Notes under the pieces: model-generated | What the model was told of the DNA's origin: nothing | Databases searched by the model: none | What the model saw: only the letters and a program-made list of their open reading frames with translations | Assembly (NCBI GenBank): GCA_013115145.1 | Contig: JAAPAO010000050.1 | Coordinates: 1-64,000 of the forward strand | From: Perkinsus chesapeaki ATCC PRA-425 | Taxonomy: Eukaryota > Protista > Perkinsozoa | Reading direction: 5' to 3' | Length of the DNA stretch: 64,000 nt | In this document: piece by piece, positions 1 through 13,429 of the stretch | Layout: each line of letters begins with the position of its first letter | How positions within the stretch are numbered: position 1 is the first letter of the stretch | Program-made: the position numbers and the translations under genes

Positions 1-689
1 CACCTTTGTGAGGTATAAGGTCTAATGGGATGAATTCGTGTGAAGTTGAAAGATGTGCTGCTGGCGAAGCTGCGTCGTGGCTTCAGGAGAAAGCTATTCA
101 AGGTAGACAGTGCTTGTTCAAGGCATCGCTTCTCATGGTGCTGCCACCGGAGTTCAAAGATAGCTACCCGTCGTTAGGAAATAATCACTGTGTAGATACT
201 TGGGCCATGATCCCACCGTTTGCTGGATATCCTACGATGAACGTCGGCAAGCAAGGCGTGAGCTATTGGCCCTATCTCAAGGATTTCGTTTGTAACGAGA
301 TCGGCGAACTGTAAGTTTTTCCAGCCCGTCATGCATACGAATTGCTCTTCCCTTCAGTGCGCCAATATACTGTGATCGTGTCGACCATGCAATCCATTCG
401 CCCTAGTATGACCTCATCCCGAGTCAATTATTCAGATTCGGCATTATGCGTATCCAACGCGCTTTAGTAAAGTCTCTTTAGTAATTGTCTGTATCGGCTT
501 GTCGTCGTCATCTTTGGGAGTCGTCCGATTATTTTCGGGTTTGAGCACTTTCTCTGAGAAAATTTCTCTCAATAATCGGGGCATTTAGTACAGTTTCCCT
601 AAGAAAAGAGGCTAACGGCCCAGCGTATGTTGCTCGGGATGGGGCGTCCCGGTACTCCTTAAGGAACTGGTACGTAATAAGTACCGAAT

Positions 690-718
690 AGCCGTTATAC
701 GTACTACGTATAACGGCT
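690..718. repeat. Perfect palindrome, 14-bp arms and 1-nt centre
   Basis: AGCCGTTATACGTA-C-TACGTATAACGGCT read directly, followed one base later by a T run. Confidence 0.9.
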
Positions 719-2119
719 TTTTGAGGGTCCCTGTTTTTTACAAATACAATGTTGCGTGCAACTTGTCAATTGGGCTTAGTTTCCGCCTTTGCTTCAGAGC
801 TGGACCGATGGTGAGCGCGCTCGTCCACTTTGTGTGTGAGTTCATAGTGTAATGCCAAAAATGGCATAATTAGACTATCCATTGTATGTGCAACTGTCGG
901 AAGAGTTCAATACCTATACTGTTCACGCTCGCCCACTCGCGCTCTACAAACATTTATTGTGCACGGTATGCCCACGTATTTATCCGTACCCCGTTAAAGA
1001 CCTGGTCCGTAGAAATCATCACACGCTCCACACCATGCGTTACATAGAGCCGTAAGGCGTTGCTACGGTGGGCGAATTACGATCATTACTGACATTCAAT
1101 CTCCGGGATCCAGCCCGCCGTTAAATGACTTGGAGGAAATAAACATGTGTCGGACCAAGAGCGTGCTGACTCAGCACTGCTGAGCCAAACTGTCGGGGTG
1201 ATTGAACGCGTATGATTACTGATAGGGAGACAAACTATCCGCGAGGAAGTTAGGTGGCGCAAAGTAACGCGATTATAGCGGTAAGTTCAAACTTCGCGGC
1301 TTCTTATTACCGGTGCTCCCGCCGACATCGGTACGGAGAGCGCGAACCTCTAGTTGCAAGAGCTTCTATGAAGGGCCGTCCCCTAGCCGTCACGGTAGCC
1401 GAAATGACTACTAATGCAGTAATAGAATCGACCCGTTTTATATCAGAGGAGGCTGCTGCTATCGAAATCTCAATTGAGGCCAATGGTTTTGGGTGGAGCA
1501 TACGGATCGTATGCTCATATGATACAATATCGCCTGAGGTAAGGGATGCCATCCGAAAGAAGCGGTAAGGCTATGCTGGGTACTCGCGGGTCGATGCTTC
1601 GTTACTCGAGGACCGCGGGGGGGACGTTGGAGCTGAAGTAGTCGAACAGTATGCTCGATGGTGTAAAGAGAGTACAAATTTGAGTATTTATTAATGATTT
1701 TTTCTTGCGTTGTTATGTTTCCGCGCTCCCTCCTTGTATCTTGCATCGTGTAAGCTTGATCGCTATACTCTTCCTAAAGTGCTCATTGACAAAAGCACTC
1801 GAATGAATTTGAGCGACAGGTGAGCTTGCCGCTTCAGAGTATCCCAGCATCGCTAGACAAGCAATAATATACAATAGGTAGTAGCAAGTTTGAAGACTCA
1901 GAGTCGGCGTAGCTCTGCGGTGACTCAGTTAGTAACACCAACTCGGTATTGCATGGAGAATGTGAAGGTGTGTAGCTGCAAAGTGGCTAAGTGAATTACT
2001 CTAAGCCAAGCTCGACGTGAAGTGTACATAGAACGGATTTCGTAACCAAGCGCTGACAGCTTCTTAGTCCGGGGTTGATAATCCAAGCTCGAGGAGTAGT
2101 GTTGATTACTCGATAACTA

Positions 2120-5100
2120 ATGTCTACCACAACTACGACAATGGCCGCTGCGACCACCACGACTCCATCATACGATCCTAGGGTTCTAGTTCCTCCGGGG
2201 CAGCAGGTTACTCACCGGCAGCGTAGGAGATCTCCTCATCGTGTGCCTTCAGGGACTATTCGGATGGACCAGTATGATGGGAGTCCGATGTGGACCACCG
2301 CCCTTGTCGCCCATATGCGAAGTCCTTACCTGGGAAATCGTAATTAGGCATTTGCTGGTGGGTAGGGCTCATTGTTCAAGTATTCCGAGTAAATACATCT
2401 TGACGCAGCATAAATCTGTGCACTCCTGTGGCCATACTGTGAACAGAAAAAATGATGGGTGATTCGAATTCGGCCAGTCGGAATATCATCTCGAATCTTG
2501 TACAGGCTCCTCAGCGCTGCCTCTTCTAAAGATGCTATTGACGTCATTGACACGCTCTCAAGCCGACTCAACAACTCAATCTCAGTCCGACGAGTATGGC
2601 GAGTAGATTTCAGCTTTCAGGACTCTCTACTTCTCTATGTTACCGTTGCTATTATTCTGGCGGGTTTGAATTTGCTATGGAGGTGGGCCGAGGGTAGGGC
2701 GGCCAAGAAGCGGGCGGCTCAGAGACAAAGAGTTAGCCAGTGAAAACAGCCGCTCAACAACCGAACTTTATTAGGAGCCTCGCTTGGCTGGCGAAGAGAA
2801 CAATGCTTCACAGACCTTCGCTGCTTGGAGCAGACTCCAGTCAATCGTTATGCGACAGCTTTTCAACTTCAATGGCTCGGTCGCTGTCAACTGGTGCATT
2901 CTTGGTCTATCTTCCATGCAGTGTCTCGCCTTTGGGTTAAGATGGACTACTAGGAGAAATGACTATGCTGTTACCTATATCGAGTTCATCACGAATACTT
3001 TAGGGATCATCGATACCGGTGTTAAGCTCGCTTTAACCTGGCGTCATTGGTCTCAGTATGTTCGAGTTCTCATTTGGCGACTCCCAGTAGAGACGCTTCT
3101 GATGAGGTCTCTGGTCTTGCAAGATAACAGTTGGTGGTCTTTTTCTTTTGCTGCGAGTGCTAGAATGACGCACGCGTGGAGGAACTTCACGATGGTATCC
3201 GACTACTGGCAACGCAAAGGGCAAAACTCATTCAAACACGAAGTCCTTAATGTCTTTGTCATCGGATTTTGTTGGCTCTGGCTACTGGCCAACACTATTC
3301 TCACTGTGGAGCTGCTCGGCGATGCTGGCTTCCTTGAAGAGAGCTTTTCTTTGCCACAGCAAACATCGCGCAATACCCAAAGGAAGATTTGGTCTCTTTT
3401 CCAGGCATTTTATTTCATCATCATAACGATCACGACAGTGGGTCTTGGTGACTTCAAACCAGAGAGCATACTCGGTCGGCTTGTCGTTCCTTTCATCATT
3501 CTCGGTGGCATCGCAGCATTTTCATTAACGACTACCAAGTTCCTCCTCCTGGTGAAGAACCAAAGAATTGGGCTACGCCATTACAGGCGATACGGCTCTA
3601 GGCTCAATGTTCTTGTCACTGGTGATCCTGATCTCGACTCTCTCGTGGATTTCGTCCTCGAGTTTTTCCATCCTGAGAAGTTTGGGGTTACCTACGATAT
3701 GATAATCCTCGTACCGCAGCGTCCAAGTAGGCCATCCCGTTAATCTGTCAACTATATGGCTTTATCGCTGTGTTTTCGTCAGTGTCATCCAACGGTGAGT
3801 ATTTCTTCAATAAGCTTCGTGCAAGAGTGACGAGCACTGAGGTTGGTAGATCAGCCATAGGGCAACTTTGGTTCCACCATGGCACGATTATGAATGTACT
3901 GTAGAATCTGCTGTACTTGATCATTCTGAATTATCACCCGCAGTCCCATGACGTTCGGCTCATTATCGGCACGGATGCTGGAGGTGGTGGTGGCATGCGC
4001 AAACAGCACAGACCTCAATGCATATGGGTAGGCTTTGATTCAATCTCGGAAGCTGTCAGCTTCCAGCTGAGATTTCTTGACCAAAGCCCGCTACTTTGCT
4101 CTCGTCGTTCGCTGCTCCTGTCACACTCCCGGCTTGTCGTGGACAAAAAAGCCTGTACACTCAGATACTCCCAAATGCCAAGACACGGCATTCTGAAAAG
4201 GAGGATGCCCAGAATGCACTGAGGGTCCTAGCTGCTAGGCGTGCCGTCGAGCCGTATTCGAGCGTCAGAATCATTGCGTGCGCCCTGCAAAGTGCCGAGC
4301 TGTTTCTTGCTGCAGGTTGATGCCACTGAACCTGCGCCGTGATTTATGGTGACTGTTGCTCAGGCCTCAGGCCCTGGGACGTTCTTTGCATACATGAATG
4401 GCGCGCTACACTTCTGGGAGCCTCTTGTCGTGTCCCTTGTTTCGGCACATTCGTAGGATACATTCGCCACAGCTCCTGATTGATCCTATTAAGGTTTCTA
4501 ATCTAGTATTCGCCGTTGAAGAGGACAAAGCATTGGTAAGCGCATTCAATTGGGAAGACTCGCTCATTCCTAGTGATGACCAAGTAAGACAACCCTATTC
4601 GATAAGATTAGTTCACTACTATTGAATTTTCTTCAGGAAAATGATAACGGTGATGCCCAAGTTAATTGGCGTGCAGCTTATGAGCATTCGCTGGGACACG
4701 AGCTGTAGGACATGACGCTTCCGCATGCTGTGGAACACTTGTCTTGATAACTCTCCGGGGCCCACATAAAATGCAGATTCCGCTTCAGCAGGGAATCGTC
4801 GAGCCTCGTAGCCTCTTTCAATGGTTCAATCTTCGCTGGATAATAAGTCCCTAGCCCGAGAGGAAGCAACTAACACATTTCTCCCGAGAACTATTGATGT
4901 TCTTTATGAATCACTGCTCGTCTGAAAAACTGGGATCTACAGTTACGGTGAGCCACTTGGCTCTACGTATCGTGGCTGGGCCTTCTCCGATATCCTGCAT
5001 GATATAGCTGCTGTTAGTGACTATCGTGTCACACTTATTGGTATAGTCGAGGTAAGGATGAATTATTTTGAGACGGTTAACCTTCCACAAGACTGTCTTA

Positions 5101-8100
5101 GATATCAGTGATAGATGAGAGAAAGGAGATGTCGGTTTATATAAATCCAGGCTCATTGTACAGAGTACCGCTAAACCCTGATGTGAAGGTCTGTATGGAA
5201 CGACGAATCTCAAATGACTCAGACCTCGTTCAGATCGTTGGTGTGTTCATTGCGTCAACTACCGATGCTATTATCCAATCTACTGGGCATCCTGACCTCT
5301 ACGGTAGGAGAGATATGCCTGATGATGATGAATACAGTAAGCTCGTTTCACGTTAGGCTCACATGCCGAATTCTGTCATGCACTGATCAGCGCGATACAC
5401 GCTTTCCCGCGACATAGAGCTCTGGAATAGTTTCCCATAACTGAGCACGATGTGGAGATTCTTAGTCCACTTCTGTGCGTGGATATTGGAATCCTCAATC
5501 TGGAGCTATTTTTCGCTTTTTAATCCCTAAACCGCCGAGAAAGTGGGACAACCATGCGCAGGTGACTCTTCGTCGGCGACTAATCCTTCTAGCGAGTCGT
5601 CCTGTGATATCGATGAGGCGGAAAGGGAAGGACGAAAAGTACTCCACGGGAGCATCCTCAGCTAGTCCTGGCTATTTTGCCAAGATGTTGGAGGACCGAC
5701 CACCTCGCTGCGACTTTATAGATCCCGAAAGGGTTGGGGAGTTATGGAAGGAAGGTGTCGCTGACGGGAAGAGAGAAGTCGCACGAAAGGTTGATAGTAG
5801 AGGGTGACTATGAGTTGAAGGGAAAGGACTGTGATCAGATTCTGTCAAGTGGAGCGCTGCCAATCGATGATATACAACGTCTAATTATTGATCCGAATAC
5901 AGCAAAAATACTCAAGTATAGGGCGGTTCATTTACCTCATGCAACATCCTGTTCAGAGAACAGATCCGAGAAAAGATGAAGGCGGAAGAGATGAGGAAAG
6001 ATGCATCTCCCAGTAGATCAATACCTCGAAACGGTTGAAAATTAGACCAACTTTGCTAGATTATTGCCATTCAGTGTTGGCTACTCGATCGTCCGTCACA
6101 GAAGCTACACTCCAGCCGCCACTCAAGGCTTTAACACATCCTGGCCCAGGGTGAAGGCCACATCATTGGCTCAGGTACTGTCATTGTCACTTATTCAGTT
6201 GTAAGCGACAGCGATTTGTCTTGCTGTGCTGTTGTGGAGACCTTCCCGGTATAGACTCTCTGAGGTTTCTCGCTACAGGCTGCCGAATGCAGGTAAGACT
6301 GACTGTATCTGGCTCGGCCGTTAGCCTCCGGCGGAGGTTATCCACCCTGGTGCAAGTGCCCCGGGAACCCTCTGTCAATATTTTACAGCGCAATCGCTTC
6401 GGCCCTGAACTTCTTGGGATCTTATTTAAGTTATTCTGCTGTTTCGAACATTTCGGTGGTTATCATTTGATCGCGTTTACGTGATATTTCACTTCAGGTA
6501 GTTGTACTGTGTACACAACCAGCGCCGAGGATACAGCTTCTGGGTAAGCTCTTCCCGCCTCACTCTGATATAAATAATCATTCCACTGTTAGGGTCGGAG
6601 AGGACTAATAGCTCTGGGAAGGGGAAGGTCTATAGAGCGTTTTTGCATCTCTTATGTCTCTGGCGCAGGTGGAGTATAAAATCTGGTACCTTCGCGGCGA
6701 TCCATTAAAAGCGTTTCATCTCCGCCGAGCTGGATATATGAGAGCAAAAGCCATAATGGTCGGGAAGGGTTGACATTCACTGTCAGTGAACATTCACTGG
6801 ATATAGAAACATGTTTTTATCACGGCAATGTCGTGCTGCTGTTATCGTGGCGCCCAACAATTGAAGAAAAAGCGTTGAGCTACCATCCAAGATGAGTGAT
6901 GGGCTCTAATACTTATAAATAGCGCCATTTCCAATACAAGTTATATTTCTGTTTGGATGTTACTTTTTAATCCTCCTAGTTGTTGATAGTACTGGCGTTA
7001 TTTGATCCCACAGAGTGTAAGTGCGACTATGGTAGGTTATCGGGGGCCACAGCAAAACTGAAGGAGACACCAGGACCTCTGCAGATGTCCGCCAGGTCAT
7101 GAACTAGCATTCAGCGAGACTTTCAACTACCCGTTCTCAGGTTTTCGCGGTGCGCCTCATCGAGCAGTTATTGAATGTCGACATTGCTGAGACTTCTGCG
7201 GGCGACCCGCTGGCATTTCTGGCAGCTAGGCGACCGCCGGTCATTGGAGAGCTTTCTCATGAAGAAACTCACCGGTACGTTAGTTCTCCGACTATGTCAT
7301 CTAAGTCTCAGGCTCATTCCTATCCGCCCCGACTCGGCCACGGCCCCGCCGCCCTTCATTGATGCGATGGCAGCTCCACACGACTTAGAGATTTACAGAT
7401 GCGGTCGATGGGCTGCGGGGAAGGTCCACTTCGCTCGACTAGCATGGGCATATGCGTCCATAGGTTTTGTTACCCAGTCGAGTTTGGACTGGCGTCCTAG
7501 TTGAGGCTTTCCGAAGCGAAAGCTTCATGTCGGTTGTGGAGAACTTGTTAAAGCATCGTTCAAGGTGAAACTCTTCAGCCGGGCAAACCTGGGTTTGTTT
7601 AGACAACTGTCGTTACAGCTACGCAGCGTGTCAGCCGGAACATCGGGCGAACCGCAAGGTATCGTTTGTACCACAAATCGCACCCATCTTAGCTAGGAGG
7701 CCGGAACACCTCGGTTTAGGGTTCCGCTTACGGAGTTTTGTGTGGACTATAGTTTGATGGAATTAGAACGGGTGCAGCCTTAGTAAGGCTGCGTTACCCA
7801 GACTTACCCCAGGTGTGTTTCAATTGGAATGTCTCAACTTCACATTCGATTATGTACATCACGTTCAGAGGTTAATCCAGTGGCAAAATGCTTATGCTTT
7901 TCTGCAGGCTGGAACCTGTTGACGATATGTGGATCACTAAGCCATATGGACAACTTAGAAAACACCTCCTGAGTAATGGCTTCCATTAAATTACCTCAGA
8001 AGATCCTATGAAATATTGGTCAGAAAAATCGGGTTCGCTTGCAGTGGCGCTCGTTCGGGCTGCCGAATATGTACTCACACCCGAGGTTCGAGGAGAGGAT

Positions 8101-10247
8101 GGAGACGGGCAAGTTTCAACATCACAGATGCATTGCGGCGAATTTTGATTGCAGGCCCGACGGTATGGCTGGTGTAAGCATGTCTCATCCGATGCTCTTA
8201 ACGAATCCGCCGCATGAACTACCGCTGACTAAAGGTAAGACTGCCTCGGAGGCCGATCGTACGGCGTAACGAGTCTATGAAGGTGACTCCCTAATTGTCC
8301 TTCGTGAGAACCACAATCACTTCGCAGAAACAAAGAAAGACCTGAAGGAGGTGTTCGCCAGGCGACCAACTAGTCATAAACCATCGCCAGTTTCCACCAG
8401 TATCGACTTGTTTCAGAACGCTACCAGTCCATGCGAAGTGTAAGACTGACAGCATTGACCCCGAAGGGTTGCGATCCAAAAAACGAACAGTAAGACGCTC
8501 ATCCAGAATAATGAACTCATTCGGGGTTGTCCGCCTCTGATATGCTCCGGTGAAGCAGCTCCACCCTAGCAAGCGCTAGCAGATCTAAACCAAGGGGCAC
8601 CAAATGAGAGCTCTAGATCGTATCAACTCGAACTGCATCACTGGGAACACATGTATGACCATACACGTATCGATACTTGCGGTATATCTTCGCAGCTCGA
8701 GTAGCTCAGAGGCACTGATCTAATCTCTACCAGAACTAAATTGCATCATCGATATCTCCGGGCACGCCCTGGTCTCGACACAGCGTTTGCTGTCCTGTCC
8801 AGGCCGGGAATAAGTCTGGATGAAGAGGCTGCTCGTGCACGAAAGTCCTTCCGCTTTCGTCGAAGCACACTCGCGGCTTTGGTCGAATCAGCCGCCGAAA
8901 AGGGTGGAGATATCGAACAGGAGATTGTGAGAGCCCTATAGTATTCGATCTTCCGCATCTGGGTTGTTAGGAGCTTCAAGAACAAGAGGTAAAGAGGCAG
9001 CAAGAGGAGCTAGCTGAAGCACAAAGACAAAGATTGCGGACTTTCGGCAGTTTCGGCCTAGCGTCCTCTTGTGGTCGCGACTCGACAGACCTTCGAAGTT
9101 CCACGAATAGTCGACGCACCTCAATTGCGAGCTCCATATCAACCCACAGGAGGGTGTCCTCGGCAAGCCTTACTCAAAATGAAAACACTGCTGCTGGTAG
9201 AAGCCTCGATAGGGCTCCACAGAAACTTAGAACTCTCGTTTTCCGTTCACAGGGTATCCTAATATTTCATCTAATGGTAACCATACGGGCATAAGACTGA
9301 CATTACCCGGCTCAATCAACAATAGTGGGAGCTCTTTCGATCATAACCTTCCCAGTAATGATGAATCACTCTGGATGACTCCCTAGTCATTTCCCTAGGA
9401 TCCTCGGGGGCCCCGACATCTTCGAGACGCAGCAGCGCAGGAGAAATTTCGGCCAGAGAAACGAGTAACACATTAAACTTTTGGCAAACGTCGTTCTATC
9501 TGGTCGAAACCATCTTTTCACAGCTCAAGAAGCACCAGCTCCTATCATCAAGGAGGTTCGTGTCCTTCAGCATGATGAGCCGGAGGAAGCTGCTGTCTTT
9601 GTAAGCAAGGCAAGGCGACGACGGTCATCTCTAGCGGAAGATATTATGAATACGACAGACATACTGAAAGATTATAGTGCACAACGTAGAGTAGGCTGAA
9701 TAGAGTTTATCAGCGAAGTAGCACGCATGTGTTCAGCTTGGTGAATCACCGCCACGAGGCCTTCTCGACAGCTTAGCAAGAAGAAGCTCTTTCTCACCTG
9801 ACGGGATGCTAGTTCTGCCTCAAATTGAAAATATATCCAGGAAGGGCTCAATATTGTTCGATGAAAATTACAGACGCCCTTCGGCGACGACACTCAAAAC
9901 CCCGAGTAGGATTGAGCTTCAGTGCAGCTGCTGCAATATGAACACGAATATCTCAAAGCAGGTCCTGAAGATGATGCGAAAAGCAATGTTAAGCATTCTG
10001 GTGACTCGCCTACCTGATAATTCTACGAAGATTAGTGTCCAATCAGGCTCGTCCTCGCTCTTGCCGCCTTCTCCTGAGCCTCAAGCAATTCCTAAACGCC
10101 GACGCATCAGCACGTCGGTCATCCCTGTCAATCCTATGGACAAGTACATTAATAATCTTCTTCTTGCAGTCTTTACCTCTGGATTCAGGTTCACACGGTC
10201 GACTCAGTAACTTTATTATATCCGTCCCACCTTGGAGATATTCATGA
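2120..10247 (+). CDS. Slo/BK-family potassium channel, multi-exon (S0-like helix, S1-S6, two RCK domains, long C-terminal tail); 3' end approximate, start may be ATG 2264
   Basis: ORF 2784-3743 has TM helices and pore FYFIIITITTVGLGDFKPES, then RCK1 start NVLVTG. ED..NALRVLAARR at 4096-4320. RCK2-like YLRGDPLKAFHLRRAG near 6680, VIGELSHEE and EIYRCGRWAAGKV at 7240-7420 (compare Slo1 ITEL and YLTQPFACG). GT-AG introns join the frames. Whether the exons beyond about 8000 belong to this gene is less certain. Confidence 0.75.
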
Positions 10248-12198
10248 TATTTAATGATTCAATGATTCTGATGAGATATATCATGTTCATTACATTTTTC
10301 CCGCCCTCGGGATATTGCCGAGTTTTCTTAGTCACTCGGGCAGTAAACCTCACAAAATTTCTGTGAGGTGTTTGACGAGTTGTTCTATTCAAGGCGGAAG
10401 CTCGATATTCGATGAGTTTTTATCGTTTGTTAAGCGGCTCAAAGTGACTCTTCTCGCCACTCGCACTGCTCAAGATATTATCAGTCTTAAACCTGAATAA
10501 TTGGGTATGTTCGGTGGATTAAGACATTAATTTTAGCATGAAGGACTGTGATTCCATGGTCAATGCCCCTGGCCCAAGCGTATGAATTCCGGCTAGCGGT
10601 TTCAAGTTGAAACTTTCAACCATAAAGAGATATTCGTGCTGATGAAAACGCGGTATCCAGGAACTTCTGCACTCGTAGGCCGACCGAGAGACCATCACAC
10701 GAGAAGTCTGACGATAGCCGACGGCCCACCCCTTCCATCCAAGAGAAATAGATTCGGAGCTGAGAAACTTCATAAATTTCAAGGGAGACACTTCAATAGT
10801 TGTTGGAAACTCAAAGTAGCTTCAATCGGCCTGCATGGGAGAACCATATTTGAGACTTCTTTCCTAGTTGCCTCACACTTGCTCAGGAATAAGAACACTC
10901 GTGAGCCAATAACGGTACAGCTATCATGACATGATCCATACGATCCAGCTATCAATACGAATCTTCACATGAAGAGGAGTTTCCATCTTCTGGTACCACG
11001 CCCTAATAAGAAACCCTGTTATGTGATTCTTTTTTTGCAACACGACCTCCTCACACAGAGTTTGTACTTTTCACTCTTCAGCTTCCCTTCCGCTGTCAGC
11101 GGTTCTTACACTGTCAGTGTTATGTGTAACAAAAGTGATTGTCACTGGCCTAAGATGGCGAGAATAATCCCGAGAGTGCTGGTGCTTGGACGAAGGCAGA
11201 CCATTGTCAACTCTATTCGAATCTAGCTCGCCCAAGTGCAATGTGAGGTGTCTGGTGGCTATTCTCGAATAAGGCGGCTCGAAAATGAGTTGTGCCGACG
11301 ACTTGGAGCAACCCGGCAGCTTATCGAGTGGCAGTGCTACTGTGGCACAAACTATCGGTCAGTTTGAGGCGCCAACCGATCAAACTTTTGCTTCCGGAGC
11401 AAAAGAACCGTTCTCCAAATTAGTCGGATAAGCAGCGTGTTCTGTCAAAGTTCACACCCGCATAGCTCTTTGGCTACTCTAATGGACGACCCGTGGGCAC
11501 ATGAAGTGCAAGCGGTGTACCTCCGATGGTACTACTCGTTTTATCTTCTCCCACACTTGTGGAAACTAAATCTCCACCGTGTCGTATTCCACACAATTGA
11601 AAGAAATAATACGTTTCTCCCGGAACATACTATTTAATCTACCCTTACTGTTTCGGACAACTCCATATCTAACATGCTATAATAAATACTCTACAGATCT
11701 ACATGTTTCCTGTCTACTTTTGTGGACTTCAGGTTATTCTGCCAAACCGAGACCTGCGAATCTTTGTGTGGGCGCTGGGATCATGTCCCTCCAATTTGAC
11801 GACTGGTAACGCGCATCCTTTTTCTCTGTTTCGTACTTGGCTTTGAGAGAGTTTGGTAAAGTGAAGCTGGAACTTCTGTCATACGCACTCACCGCCTAAG
11901 GATTCGTTTTATATGGCTTGACGAACACTATTCATCATGGTTGTGAAATGAGTTAGTGTGTACCGGCACCCATACTCCATGGCGCAGCGCCATAGAGGCC
12001 AGAGACACTTAAGGCCCTTAAGTGACTTAAGGCTGCCTCAACCAATATATCATTTGATCTTTGTTCGTTTGGTAAGTTACCATTAGCTTCACTATTCCGG
12101 CAGCGGACTGTAACTAGGCTATAGCATAGAATGTCTTCTCGCTGGAAGAGCATCGTTTGCAGGTGTTGGTTCTAGTTGACAGCATCTACCCATTTGTA

Positions 12199-12909
12199 AT
12201 GCTACCCCCAACATCGACTTGTATCAGCATTCTGCTCGCCATTGCATACTCACAGGTGATTCCGGAGATTGCCAGCAGGCCCAGTAATTGTCTGCATGCC
12301 CAAGTAGCTGGTCCCTATTGTTGGTATATCCTAAAAAATAGCCGTCAAATCAATGGTGGTGTAAGGTTGATATCTAACGCCACAGGCGTTACTGGTTTTG
12401 CCTCGATAGAGCTTTCTACCGGTCACGACAGTCAAGGCTTCCCAGAAAGGAATGTCGCTGTTTGGGCTGAGGGTGATGTTGTGTACGAGTCGAAGCTATA
12501 TGGGGACATTGGTTTGAGGATAGCTATTCATATCCCCACCTACAGCAAGAACGGTTAACCTTGCGATTGTGGCTGGGAACTACAATTCCCAGCTTCCGTG
12601 GAAACTTCTATCAGCATCCCCCACATCGGTAGTGCGACCGGTATAGATCACAGTGCGACTGGTACTGCAAAAATCTACAAGAGACACTCTTCTAACCATT
12701 TTATGTCTTTACGTGGTACTACAGAAGTGACAACTGGTACTATAAATGCAAAGGTAGAGCTACTCGTTTCAATCCAAACGTCCAACTTGGTTACGTGGTT
12801 TTATGATGCGTTTGTCAAAGTTGACGTGACCGGTAAGAAAAATGGCTATGAAGTCCATTACGGTAACGATGATATACCTATTTTTATTGGTACTCTAAGA
12901 CCTCGTTAA
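12199..12909 (+). CDS. Secreted hypothetical protein, beta-rich, two exons
   Basis: Signal-peptide-like MLPPTSTCISILLAIAYS. ORFs 12157-12558 and 12598-12909 are joined in frame by a 39-nt GTTAAC...CCCAG intron containing the TAA. Confidence 0.55.
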
Positions 12910-13385
12910 TGCTATTTCAACGGAGATCGTTGGTGCTTGAGGAGTTCTCATATCAAATGCCAAATCGCACAGTGCAATTTGTACCGTAGCGGTGCCTGCT
13001 AGCAGAGTCCCACCATATAAGAGACCGAGTGGTGTTAGTCTGTCACGAGGGGTAGCGGAGGTGTCTTAACTTCCAGTTTAAACGAGACTACTACAAAACC
13101 AAACCAGACTCTTGCGAGAAGCCTGCCAAGAGAAAACGTTGTACTCGTTAACCAACAGCAGGATCCCATAAATTTGGACAATGTGAATCAGATTGCCAGC
13201 GGGCTGGCACTGTCAACTTGACATCTAATTCGAGTAGACCGCTTCACTCGGATAGGAAATCGCCAACGGCTTCATGTCATGAGATCTACGGAACCGTCCG
13301 AACGCAAATCGGCTTCTTCAATTCATATCGCGCAAGATCCTTGGACACTGGAGGCTGGCAATGTTATCTTAAATGTGGCTTGGTT

Positions 13386-13429
13386 GCTGGGTCACCCAGC
13401 CTGGGTGTAGTAACTACATTGTAGTTACT
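13386..13429. repeat. Pair of palindromes with 1-nt centres (7-bp and 10-bp arms)
   Basis: GCTGGGT-C-ACCCAGC (13386-13400), 8-nt gap, AGTAACTACA-T-TGTAGTTACT (13409-13429). Confidence 0.8.

Noticed and set aside
126-135. Short matches to snRNAs (ATCGCTTCTC, U2 5' end; TGCCTTTTAC at about 38742, U5 loop 1)
   Set aside because: No flanking stems, Sm site or further similarity.
30-1746. Short ORFs at the window start
   Set aside because: No recognisable motifs or splice-consistent model; 30-314 may be the tail of an upstream gene but cannot be supported.
6848-6858. TGGCGCCCAAC, resembling a tRNA-Lys primer-binding site
   Set aside because: Inside the K+ channel gene with no adjacent LTR or gag-pol.
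12554-12592. In-frame TAA between ORFs 12157-12558 and 12598-12909 as possible readthrough
   Set aside because: A 39-nt GT...CAG intron removes it and keeps the frame.
12577-12593. ACTACAATTCCCAGC, matching the vertebrate ZNF143/THAP11 promoter motif, within a small hairpin
   Set aside because: It sits at an intron 3' end in a protist; single occurrence, most likely coincidence.
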